DNA of 64,000 bases from the human T2T-CHM13v2.0 reference genome, Homo sapiens: the NCBI RefSeq assembly GCF_009914755.1, contig NC_060930.1. One strand, written 5' to 3'. Shown here piece after piece: positions 51,499-64,000 of the stretch (positions are counted from its first letter, which is position 1; every line of letters begins with the position of its first letter). Under the pieces are notes generated by a model. It was given only the letters and a program-made list of their open reading frames with translations, was not told where the DNA came from and ran no database searches. Made by a program: the position numbers and the translations under genes.

Positions 51499-53504
51499 TG
51501 TGTCCAAAGAAGTTCAGTAACTACCAAATGATTAAACTTAGAGCTTGACTATTTACAATCAACGCTGTCTTCCCAAAGGTTACATCTTAAAGGCTCTTGT
51601 CTGGTGTGTGTGTATTCTTCCTTCTAGCTCTCCAGTCATGCTCTCTTGAGTCATTTCACAGCTCCCTAATTGGTTTTATATTTTTCCAAGTGCCAGTTTT
51701 CTGATAAAAGCTGTTTACAGCCTCACCACTTGTGGCAGAGGAGGTGGAGGGAGGTGGAGGGACTGTTGACAGAAGCTGTTTCTAAGAAACTCATCTCTTG
51801 TTTCCATTGATACAGTCTGTGATGGAAGAAGAATCCTAAGGGACAAACTTAGGGAACAAAATATAAAATACCAAGCAGGGGAGTGATTCCTTGCAGGGCG
51901 ATATTCACACATCATTCAACAGCTGTGGATGGAACTCCTCCTCTGTGCCAGGGCGGTAATATGACCTCCCATGGGTTTTCCTCAGTGATAAACCTATGGG
52001 ACTTCTAAAAAGATTATTAATAATTAAGTAACAGTTTCCTTGCCCCCCTCCTAACCCTTGTCAAATGACTCCAAAATCTAATTTCTTTTCCTTCTGATGA
52101 ACAGAAAAAGGAAAGCTAATCTTGAAACTCCCTGCACCGTTCTCAAACCTGTTTACAGCTCATTCCTGTTTCAACAGTCCTAGGAGCTGGCAGAAAGAGT
52201 GCGTGCAGGGGATCTAGCCATGAGAAGTTAGCCATGAATGAGTTAATGGTCCAGTTAAGTGTGATGTTTTAATTAATGAACCCTAAGACTAACGCTGCTT
52301 TAAAACAAAACTGCATGCATTAAAAAAAAAAAATCTCACATTCTGAAGGCACCATAGAGATGTTTGGTGATTAGAATGAGGAAAGGAGGAGAGGGGATGG
52401 ACTCTCTGGAGGGCTAAGAGGCAGGAGTGGAGTGAGGCAGTAGTTCCCTTAGAAGGCAGAGACAAGAGGAGGCAGGGGCTAAGGAAGAGGAAGACTTGAC
52501 CTTCTCTCAGCTGTAACTGCAGGGCAGGTCGCAGCTCAGCACAAATGCTGGGCTCCTGGCATGGCTTCCTCTGGTAAAAACATTTTCTGACAATGAGATG
52601 TGAGGTTGGACCATGTCCTCTTGGTTAATTAACATGTAGCTGTGATGCCTTCTCTGTGGCGGGCACGCCTTGCTGGTATCAGGCTCCGCCAGCCCTCTAG
52701 GGGAGAGAAGTGACTCTTGGAGGCAGGCCTAAGCTCGCTATTTCTCGGCCAGGAGAAAGAAGCACTGGTGCATACATTGCAAGCCCCAGATCAGCAGTCA
52801 CACTGAATACCACTCCCCTTACCCCTTCACCTACCTCAGATCTTCCCCTATACCCACGCCATACACCCACACCATGGGGCAGAGAGCAGCTCCCCAAACA
52901 GCACCCTGGATCAATCAAGCCCAGAGCTGTTTCCTTGGGAAGTGTTCTAGATCTATACCTATGGAAGATAATCAGCCCATAGAAAACTAAGGGTTTTACT
53001 GCTTCAGGAGACAGAGAAATAGAGGGAAAGACTATATAGGAAAAGTACTGTACTAGACAGTAAAAGAAAAAAATGAGACCATGGAAATGAACTTCCTATT
53101 AGAGGCCTGACCCAGGGCCTTTATGACTCTTGGTATCTGCTCCTGAGCCTCCCAGTTTAAAAAAACTGACAGGAGTTCAACAGATAAATTTGACCTAGAG
53201 TTGAAAGAAGACATTCAAATTCCCAAAAGACAATGGCTTCCAGGGACACTTGTGGGGGTTTCTGTTACTTCATAGTTTGAACCTTTAAATCTTATAGTAC
53301 AGGGGATACGATAGAACTCTCTTAGATTCGAATAAACCCTCAGATTCTATTTCTACCCCTCAAAACAACAGCCAGGGCAGTCTTTTTCACAATTCTCATG
53401 CTCATCTTGGCTGATCCTGGTGTGTTTTCTTTGCTTTGATTTTCACATGTACCATCTCCTGCAGCTAAGCTTCTGTGTTAACCTCCTGTCATCGTCTCTT
53501 TCAT

Positions 53505-53985
53505 GGGCAGCCCAGTAAGCCACACCTCCTGAGACTCATGCGCTTGTACAGTCTTCTCCTCTTGAAGCTGGGCTGGCCCTGTGACTGTTTTGAGCAATGC
53601 ATACAATGTGGTGAAAATTATTTCTGGGACTCCTGAGTCCAGGCACCAAGATCAGGAAGCTTCTCCTCTTGTATTTAGGGGAAGCTGGCCACATTGTAAG
53701 AAGTCGGACTATGCTGAGACTGTCATGATGACAGAAAACCCAAGCTAGCCAGGTGGAGAGATCACACAGAAAGAGATGCCTGGCCAGCTGTTACCTGATA
53801 TGCCATCATGTAAGTAAAAAGTCCACCTTGGATGGTCCAGCTCATAGATGCCATGTACAGCAGAGGTGAGCCATTCCTGCCAAGCCCTGCCCAATTGCAG
53901 AATTGTGAGTAAATAAATAATTACTATTGTTTTAAGCCACTATATTTTGGGATGAGTTGTTACATAGCCATTGAAAACCAAAACA
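53505..53985 (+). mobile_element. MLT1F/G-like MaLR LTR
   Basis: gggctggccctgtgactg...aataaataa...ttgttttaagccacta.attttggg.tg.gttgttacatagc. Confidence 0.7.
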
Positions 53986-54469
53986 CCTCTCTCCACCAAG
54001 TCATTTCCATCACTTCCTTCAAGACGGAGGCCAAGTCACCTACATTGGAAACGTACCTGACAAGCTCAATACAGCTCATCTTATTTTAGAATTTGGTAGT
54101 TTGGATTATGCAGTTCTATGCCTGCTTTTGGTCAGTTTCATACATTTACCTATCCCTAAAATTAATAATGACAATGGCCAATGCTGAGCATCATGGATCA
54201 GGCACTGTGGCTGGGAATAATGTTATTCCTATTTTACAGATGAGGAAACTGCGGCACTGAGCGGTTAAGCACCCTATCCAAAGGTGGTTCTGTATAAGTA
54301 CCCTTCCCAATGTCCTTGTCCCTCTATTGCTTTGGTGATATGCACTTTGAACTTGAAGTGCTAAAAAGGAAGCTGATGTGGAGACAACAGAATGGCATCT
54401 GTTTTGCAGGCAAGAAGATAAAGGAAGGACAGAGGTTAAACTAAGAGATGCAGAAATTATAGTATATCA

Positions 54470-54786
<317 letters not shown>

Positions 54787-56084
54787 TCAGTGATGAGTAC
54801 TGGAGCAGTAAGGTCATATGGGCTTGGGGGAATTGACTGGGATGATTTTGTCATTTGTGGGTTTGGGATGAGATTTATATGAAGAGTGGTTCTACTTTGA
54901 TTGGGATGCATGTGAGATGACCTGCTGCTTTCTATTTAGTTTTTGTAACAAGCTTTCATTTGTACTAACTTGGATGGGTTTCTCTCCATTGCCATGAAAA
55001 GATTTCTGGCTAGGGTCGCCTCCAAAAGATCCTGTCTAGATGACCAGAGGAGATGGCCATAAAATAAGACATTATAAAATATGTTTACTGGATATGCAGC
55101 TTTCTACCCAGTGAAACATAGATTTCCTGACAGATTTTATGTTAGGAGAGAAATGAAAGACTATGCCAGGAAACATGAAGTTCTTAGGAAATAATTTGGT
55201 TATAAACATATTTCCTTAATAGGATACAATTTGATTCTAACTCTCATTACCTTTTGACAAGAATAGTAAGACACTGGTTGTTTAGTCAGTGATTCGTGAA
55301 GCTTTCGCAAATGTTCACAGCCCACTGGGGTACACAGAGCAGATGCCAACATCCATCCTCATTTTACTGACGGGACTGAACTAAAGGGCTTGATGACTGC
55401 CCGAGATCACATATGTAGTCGGTCAGAAGCTGGTCGGATCTTCAGGTTCCTGGATCAGTGCTCTCCCCAACACTGAGCATTATTCCATGCTGTCTTTTTC
55501 ACTCATGTGGATGTCAAGGAGATTTCTTTCTGGCTGTACAGGTCTTCAGGTTCCATTAAAGTCTCTCTCTAGTGCTAAGTGTTTTGAAGATAGACATCGT
55601 TATTATATCATGGTCAGTTGGGGAGCTCTTCAAAATATAATGCTGATCATGAAAAATATAATGCTCATCATAAAGTCATGTGCTTGCAGATGTTTCCCCT
55701 CTATGACCAAAATTTTCAGTGCTCTGAGGGGCATTCCAACTTTGAAACATTTTATGGAACCCACTTCTACCAACTTTATGAAGTTTACTGGAACCTCTAT
55801 TCTTACCACAAAGGTGGCCATATAATCAAACTTTTTGACCTTCCTAACTGTGGCATAGCATTCAAATGGGACAGCAGGGGAATCTTTATTCACTTCCTGT
55901 GGATATTATGAAACATTTTTTTGTAAGCCACAACTACCTTTTGCTCATAAAGTGGCAAGGTCAGTGTATTCTGTATACTGCCATCGCCCCCTCCCCAAAC
56001 CAAGAAGGCTATTCAATTTTTGTATCATTTTGAAATGTTTCAACTTCATAATCCTAATCTTGTGGTCTTTCATTAGTCTTACCA

Positions 56085-56302
56085 AAGATGGTTTCAGCCC
56101 CGGAACAAGGAGGGGATCAGTTTAAGGAAGGAACTGTTATCATCCTTGCTTCAAAGTTAAATTATAAACTAAATTCTTCCCGTGGTTAGCCTGGCCTGTG
56201 CCCACAACTAAGCAAGGATAGCCAGCCTGTGAGTCTAGAAGCAAGATGGAGGTGGCATGCTAGACTTCTCTCATTGTCATTATCTTTGCAAGGGAGGTTT
56301 CA
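56085..56302 (-). mobile_element. LTR8-like ERV1 LTR fragment
   Basis: agaagcaagatggag...ctctcattgtcattatctttgcaagggaggtttca, the reverse complement of a TGAAAC...TTGCAAA LTR start. Confidence 0.65.
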
Positions 56303-56389
56303 ACTCCATTTACAACTTTTTTTTTAGCCATAAAGGAAAGCATTACTCCTGGAGCTAAGAGGCTAAAGGGACTGTGCTAGTTCTCTTGT

Positions 56390-56585
56390 GCTAGTCCTCA
56401 CCTCTGCACGGTTGGCGTTTGAGGCCAGATAACTCTGTTGCAGGGACTGTCCTGTGCAATGTAGGATGTTAAGCAGCATCTCTGGCCCTACCCAGTAGAT
56501 GCCAGTAGCACTTCCCACTCCCACCAACACACACACTAGTGTGAAAATGTCCCCTGGGGAGCAAATCACTCCAGGTTGACATCTG
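56390..56585 (+). mobile_element. MER20
   Basis: gactgtcctgtgcaatgtaggatgttaagcagcatctctggcc...agatgccagtagcac. Confidence 0.75.
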
Positions 56586-56844
56586 CTGTGTTCAATACAT
56601 GGAGCAAAAGGCCTACAGGGAACTTTCCCCCTACAATCTCCATCTCTTGCAGGGCTTTCATGCAACTCTCTGCCAATGACTGAATCTTGGTTTACTTGCA
56701 GTAATTCTATTCATGTAGCATTCCAAAATAAAATGTATTGAGCATTCACCATATGACAGACTTTTTAGTGAGGGCTTATCACACATTGTTTCATTTAATC
56801 CTGACAATACCCTGAGAACAATTGTGAATGATCCCCCATTTTAC

Positions 56845-57460
<616 letters not shown>

Positions 57461-58505
57461 GACCTCCCATTTTAAAAGGAGGAAACGGGCTTGGCAAGGT
57501 GAGGTGACTTGCCCTTGATCACCTAGAGAGTTGTTGGCACAGCTAGGAATGTAGAGGTGGTGTCCAGAGCCACCCCTTTGACCACAGAATGCCACTGTCC
57601 CTTTTCTGCAGACAGTGAAATGGTTAAGTTAGGATTCATAACAATCGGGAAAAAAAAAAAAAAAAAACAGACTTAGTGGGTTTAATGGTTTCTAAAAACT
57701 CTTTAAGTCTGTGTAAGTCTGTCTCCTTTCATTGCAATGTTTTTTATAAACACCAGGGGAGCAATAATCATTTGAGCAGTTAAATGGATTTAGGATGGTA
57801 AAAATCTATATTTTTTTAGTCTTGAAATTATATCAAATCATTTGCCATTCTCACTGGACTATGGCCCTCCAGCCCCTGCAGCTACCCCTCTTCTCTCCCG
57901 CTGCTCCTCAAGCCCCATTACCTACACTTATAGTTTTCTTTTAATTTTCCAAACAAGATTGCATTTTGTATTTCAGATATTAATCCAAGGAACAATACTG
58001 ACGAATTTCACGGACAAAATACTAAGAAGGAAATCAAGTGAATCAAGCGGAGAAGAAAGACAGTGGAAAAAGAAAACTGAAAATAAAAATATTTTCTAGA
58101 CCCCTTGAAATAAAGTTTGAAAAACCACAGTGCTTTGCAAAATATCACATTCAATTGCTAGCTAAAAAAAAAATTCATTGGAAGTGCCATTGGGACAGCA
58201 GAGGATGAGGAGGTCTGGTAAGGTCTCTGGCTGGTCTTGTAAACCATACCCCAGGGTTGGGGCCAGGGTTTTTAGGCTCAGGCCTCTCTGATATGGTAGG
58301 AAGGTATGAAGAGAATCTTTTCATCTATTTTTTAACCATTAATCTTTCTCAATGCAGCAGGAGACCATGGGGGTCCTGGGTCTGGGGGTCTGCTTTTCTT
58401 CCGAAGCTCAGCCAGGCTCAGTATCAAGGAGCTGACATCAAGACACTAATTGTGAGGGAAAGGAGAGAACATCTTTAGATAAGCCTACCTGCCCTGTGAT
58501 TGCCT

Positions 58506-59035
58506 GTGATGGGGTTCAGGACACACTGGCCCCAAATATGGCACCTTGGCATGGGAGAAAATGGCAGAAGCAGGAAGGTCTCTCTCACCTTCCCCTCGCC
58601 CTTCTCCCTTGAATGTTGATGAAGATATGAAATAAGGTTTGCCAAATTACCTGCTGTATTTATGACCTCCCTTGAAGCAGGTCATAAAGCCATCATTCCA
58701 GAGATGCCCTCCCCATACCCAGACCAAAGAAGCCTCCTTATTTCTGAAGACACAGGGACACAAAGAGGAATCTGAACAAACAGGCCTTACTAAGTTTTCC
58801 CCAGTTAATTCCTATTGGACATGCCCTTTTTCCATTCATACTTCTCCACAAGCATTCACTTCTTCAATGACTTACACAAAAAATATACACAGGTTTAGTC
58901 CTTTCTTTGGGTCTTCATTCCTGAAGGCTGCTGTGCCACAGAAAATGTTAATGCTTTTCTCTTGTTAATCTGTCTTTTGTTATAAATGCCTCAGCCATTA
59001 ATCCAAGATGGAAAAGAAAAATATTCCTTTTTCCT
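58506..59035 (+). mobile_element. ERV1 solo LTR (MER39/MER34-like)
   Basis: tgatggggttcaggacac...ccccaaatatggcaccttggcat...gaagcaggtcataa...cttttctcttgttaatctgtcttttgttata. Confidence 0.72.
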
Positions 59036-59407
59036 GCTCCTAAGAGCCACCTAATGTGTTGCAGACCAAACCCACAGCAATCCTGTTATCTGGGAGTTCA
59101 TCTGTGATCTTGATTAGAACTAACATAGGAAATAGATAGATGTGAGTTGCTTCCAGAATAAGATTAGAATATGAAATCACATTTAAAATTTAAAAGCAAC
59201 ATGTTAGCAACGACTCTAACCACAGTTCTCCCTTCTTTTTCAAAACCAGGGGTCTGGTCCAGATCTTGTATTGCCTGAAGAAGGTCCTAGGTACTACCTT
59301 TCCTGAAAGAAAGACATGGTACTAAAGCTCCTCCAACCCACCTTTGCTCTTCTCTTACCTCATAAAATAGCGAGCATCAAATTATTTGAGGAAAAGCATT
59401 TAAGAAT

Positions 59408-59740
<333 letters not shown>

Positions 59741-61940
59741 TAGTGTTTTTCAAATGACAGATTGCAATCCCTTAAAGGTTAATAAAATCAATTTGGTAGG
59801 TTGCAAACAGCACTTTAAAAACAAAACAAATAAACAAACAAACACACTAGTATCTGATGGTAGATCTTGTCTTGTCTAAAGCCCTGCAGCGTGAGGCATA
59901 TCCAGAAAAGGTCAACCCTGAGTCCCATCTGGAGGGGCATCCTCTCTAGGTCACCATTTGTCACAGTCAGTTTTAGGGCTTGAGGAAATTTAATTTCCAT
60001 TTCAGAAACTCACTAATCTAGTTGTGACCAAACTTTTTCCTACCAATCTAACCAAGTTTGCTTATAAACAATCACACTGAGACCACAGCCTTCTTCCCCA
60101 ACGTAGGTGCAGATGAAATAAAGAAGTTTAGAGCAGTTTTTTCTAACGTGGGCTCTGTAATAAAAACCTGCTACAGTCAAATATTTGAGAAACCCTCCGT
60201 ACTGTTATCTTCTCTTATAGATTCCTAGCCTATAAAAGAAGAGACCCATTTAACTTTGTTTAACCCGTTATGTCCTAAACTTTTTTGATTGTGGAGTAAC
60301 CTCTCTTAACAATTCCACTACCCTAGCCTGAGCCCTTAGCCTGATAGCTACTCCCTTTTGGGCTGACTGCAGCTGCCTGCCTCTTAGCTTTGTGACTACT
60401 GTCACACAACATACGGTCTTTACTCAGCAGCCCATACTAGGTCCTCACCAATTTCTTGATGGAGTACGAAGTAAGGTTTGCCATATTACCTACTCTACAA
60501 TTTGGGGACTTTAACCATTGTAAGCCCAATCATCACTCTCACTTCTTAGCTTTTATTTAAAGAGTAAGTTTGTATTCTAAATTGATTTCTACAACTGCTG
60601 TTTATGGAATTAAGATGAATCCAGTGGTGGTCAGCTGATCACTGTGGGTGAAGTCTGTTGGTTGCTTTTTACAGTATTTTATGTTCCTTCTTCTCTTGCT
60701 TCCTGTGTGCTGTGCTGTGAAGCATGACAGAGCACCTGCCTGTGTGTGCACAGCACCGTGAACTCAATCTTTCAGTCACTTTCTTTTCTTTTCATGTTTA
60801 AATAAGAGATAAGCCACGTTGGCCAGGGCATGTGGACTCTCCATGGAGTTCACTAACAAACCGAATTTATGTATCGTTGCAAAATAGTCAACACTCCAGT
60901 CTGTTAGAAACAGGTGCCAAGAGAGGAAATGTTTAATATTTTCCACGTGGCATGGGCTCTGTCAGACAGTGTTTCCAACCAGAGTCTGTTTTCGCAGTTA
61001 AATCATAGGTTCAGAGTCTTCCTTTTGCCTCAAGAGTCTGTCTGGTGGCTGGCTCGCAGCTAGCTTCTGCACAATCCCCTCACTCTGACCCTGCATCTTC
61101 AATGCCGCCATTCTGCCGAACCGCTGCTACTTCTGGGTGAAAACCTAGTTCTAGCTCCCTCCAGAGTTAGCTGGTTTGGCTATTTGAAAGCTACTCCTTC
61201 AATGAACCGTTCTTTGTCATTTCAGAAATGAACCCTGCTTTCCAGCATTTGGGCTGGACAGGGTTCTCCAGGCTTGCTAACTACAGCAGCTGTTTTCTGT
61301 CCCCAGTAAGAGCCAGGGTGACATACCTACCTGCCCAGAGCCACCCTTGACAGGAGACTCAGGGAGAAGTGCCCCCAGGACCAAAGTAAGTAGTGCCATG
61401 GCCCAGACTTCCTCTTAGCCCATCCTGCTTCTTCCTCATCCCCTACTTCTCATCCTCTCTGTTTTAATTTCTACTTATTAATATTTTCTTCCCACATATT
61501 TAAACAGCTCCCACCAAGGAAATAATGTCAGATGTGTTGCTTTTTCAACTGATGGGTTCTAATCATCATGTTACCAAATTCTGCACATCCTTGCCAAGTA
61601 AGGCTTGGCTCTCTAAAGGTTTAGTTTGTTCTTTCTATCAATAAGTATTGCCTCTAACTACGTACTAAAGAGTTCTAGACTCTATGTACCAGACACAATG
61701 CTTGCCCTTGTGCTTATCTGCTAATAAGGAAGACAGATAATAAACAAGCAAAACATATAGAATGTTAGCGATAAATGCTCCAGAGAGAGAATAAAGCAGT
61801 GATGGTGGGTTGGCGACAGGGGTGGGGCTGAGATTCTAGATGGGGTGGCCAGGGAAGGGGAAGTCCTCTCTGACAAAATGGTATCTGCAAGACCCTTAAA
61901 GAAGAGCCGGAGAGAGATGTGTTGGGGAAGCACGTTCCAG

Positions 61941-62437
61941 GTGATGGATTTCAGGACATATTTTCCCAAAGTATGAACCTTGGAATTAAAGAAAACAGCA
62001 GAAGCAGAAGACCTCGCCTGAAGCAGGTCAAATTAAACCTAGGAAGGATTTTTCTGACTTTCCCCTGAAGCAGGTCATAAGACCCTCATTCAAGAGGTAC
62101 CCTTCCTATACGCAGAGGAAAGGGACATCCTTATCTCTGAAGACCCAGGGACACACGGAAAAATTTGAGCAAAGAACCCTTGCTAAGTTTCCCCCAGTTT
62201 ATTAGCATTAGGTCATATTTCCTTTGTCCAATCATACTTCTCCATCAAACTAAGCATAAAAAACACACGGGTTTACCTGTTTCTTTGGGTCTTCATTTTC
62301 TTATGAAGTCTCCCATGCCATGTAAAACTTATACTAAATACATTTTTATACTTTTCTCTTATTAATCTGTCTTCTATTATAGGGGCCTCAGCTGTGAACC
62401 TAAGATGGGAAGGAAAGACATTTATTTTCCTCTACAT
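61941..62437 (+). mobile_element. ERV1 solo LTR (MER39-like) inserted in an L2 remnant
   Basis: gtgatggatttcaggacata...cctgaagcaggtcataagaccctcattc...cttttctcttattaatctgtc...ttttcctctaca. Confidence 0.72.
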
Positions 62438-62691
62438 AGGTCTAGGGGCCATCCTATGCCAAGGTCCTGGGGTGGGAATATGCCCGGGAAGATTAGTGTG
62501 GAGGGGGTAGCAGGCTGCTGTGACGATTAAATGTGCATGATGTGCCTGGCATATAGATAGCACTTAATAAGTGGTAGCTATAATTATGAGTCACTCATCA
62601 GTTGTTTATGGTTTGATTCATAGAAACAGGTGCATAATTATCTGATTAAGTAGGCCCAAGTCTGTTTCTTGGCTTCAAGAGGAGTGTTCAA

Positions 62692-63035
<344 letters not shown>

Positions 63036-63130
63036 TCAACATTCCTAGTTTTTCTCCATCAGAAAGGTAATGAGGCCATTGCCCACGCAAAAAATATGTT
63101 GATGAGAGGATTTCCTTTACCTACCACGGA

Positions 63131-63314
63131 GCAGTCATTCTCACAGTGTGGCCCCTTAAGCATCAGCATCAGCATCACCTGGGAACTTGTTAGAAATGCA
63201 GATTCTCAAGCTGCACCCAGATCTACAGAATCAGAAACTCTGGAATGGGGCTTGGCTATCAGTGTTTAAAACACTGGGTGATTCTGACGTGTGCTAAACT
63301 TTAAGAACGACTGC
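63131..63314 (+). mobile_element. MER5A
   Basis: cagcatcagcatcacctgggaacttgttagaaatgcagattctc...gaatcagaaactctgg. Confidence 0.85.
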
Positions 63315-63391
63315 CTAGAGTTTCTCTGTTCTCAAAGGCAGGGGGAAGCTTCATTATGTCACTCAGTCATTTCCTTTGCCCTCTATGGAGT

Positions 63392-63870
63392 AGTTACTGA
63401 AACGCCAGGGATTTGGTCTAGGTCCTGTTGCTCGCTGCACAGAAAGCCAATCACTGAGTATTGCCAGGGAAGAAGGCTTTATTCAGGTGCTGCAGCGATG
63501 GAGAATGGAAGATCAGTTTCAAATTTGTCTCCTCAGCTGACTAAAATTCGGAGTCTATATAGCAGGGAAGAAATGCAACTAAGTGTGGGAAAACAGGAAT
63601 GAGGGAGGGGATAAGGAAGAAGAGCTGATCCACAGGCAGCAGTTAGGCAATCATGATGGGCAAGGGGTCTGGTGTTTCCCAGATGTGGTGACTGGGTAAG
63701 TTTCCATTCCTTGACTCTATCTGGGAGGCCTGATGGCTGGTGTCCTGAGAAAAAAGAACTCAGGTTAGACAAATGTAAGTTTCTCAAGTTTTAAGATTGG
63801 GAGGATCAATTTCTGTGTTTATTCAAAAGAAACCATAAACATAAGTTCTATGGAACCAGTGCGCCCATTT
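63392..63870 (-). mobile_element. ERV1 solo LTR (LTR26-like)
   Basis: gttactgaaacgccaggg.tttggtctaggtcctg.tgctcgctgcacagaaagccaatcactgag; reverse-complement similarity to the LTR at 35240-35706. Confidence 0.7.
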
Positions 63871-64000
63871 GAGAACCACGTTATGAGAAGGACACTTTGT
63901 TCTTATTGCTGTTATTTTAAGTTTCTTGAGATGCTCTCTGGCTCTGTATGGTTGTTACTCACCAGGATCTCTAGAGACAGCCCATCTCCCTCCCTAGATT

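Larger units (their letters stand above)
50586..52210. repeat. dispersed direct duplication: copies 50586-50832 and 51956-52210
   Basis: gtaat.tgacctccca.gggttttcctc...ccttgtcaaatgactc...ctgtttacag...ctggcagaaagag...gtgcaggg present twice, roughly 80% identical by eye. Confidence 0.92.

Noticed and set aside
52697-52982. Overlapping 73/90-aa ORFs in unique GC-richer sequence
   Set aside because: Non-ATG starts, no recognisable domain or splice context
57600-57680. A18 run as another orphan retrocopy tail
   Set aside because: No convincing TSD or upstream AATAAA; flanks resemble a decayed MLT1 end

Overview
Primate (human-like) genomic DNA, about half of it interspersed repeats. The + strand from 1484 to ~26870 carries the last eight coding exons and the 3' UTR of QRSL1 (mitochondrial Glu-tRNA(Gln) amidotransferase subunit A, GatA). 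All splice phases chain into one open frame ending at TAA 24456-24458; numbering them exons 4-11 relies on my recollection of the gene model. The remaining ~37 kb is intergenic: Alu, L1, MaLR/ERV1 LTRs, DNA-transposon fossils and a decayed ERVL gag-pro-RT remnant. I found no CRISPR arrays, rRNA/tRNA genes or new protein-coding gene, and I cannot support a wholly new biological system. The most unusual observations are: (i) a ~275-bp, ~92%-identical non-Alu inverted duplication downstream of QRSL1; (ii) three L1-mediated retrocopies in QRSL1 introns (a full-length RPL21 copy ~13 nt from a splice acceptor, an orphan 3'UTR-only copy, and a 21-nt+polyA micro-insertion); (iii) an inverted-Alu pair in the 3' UTR whose inclusion would depend on poly(A) site choice; (iv) several locally templated duplications or insertions. 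Repeat subfamily names and boundaries are by-eye estimates, not RepeatMasker output.
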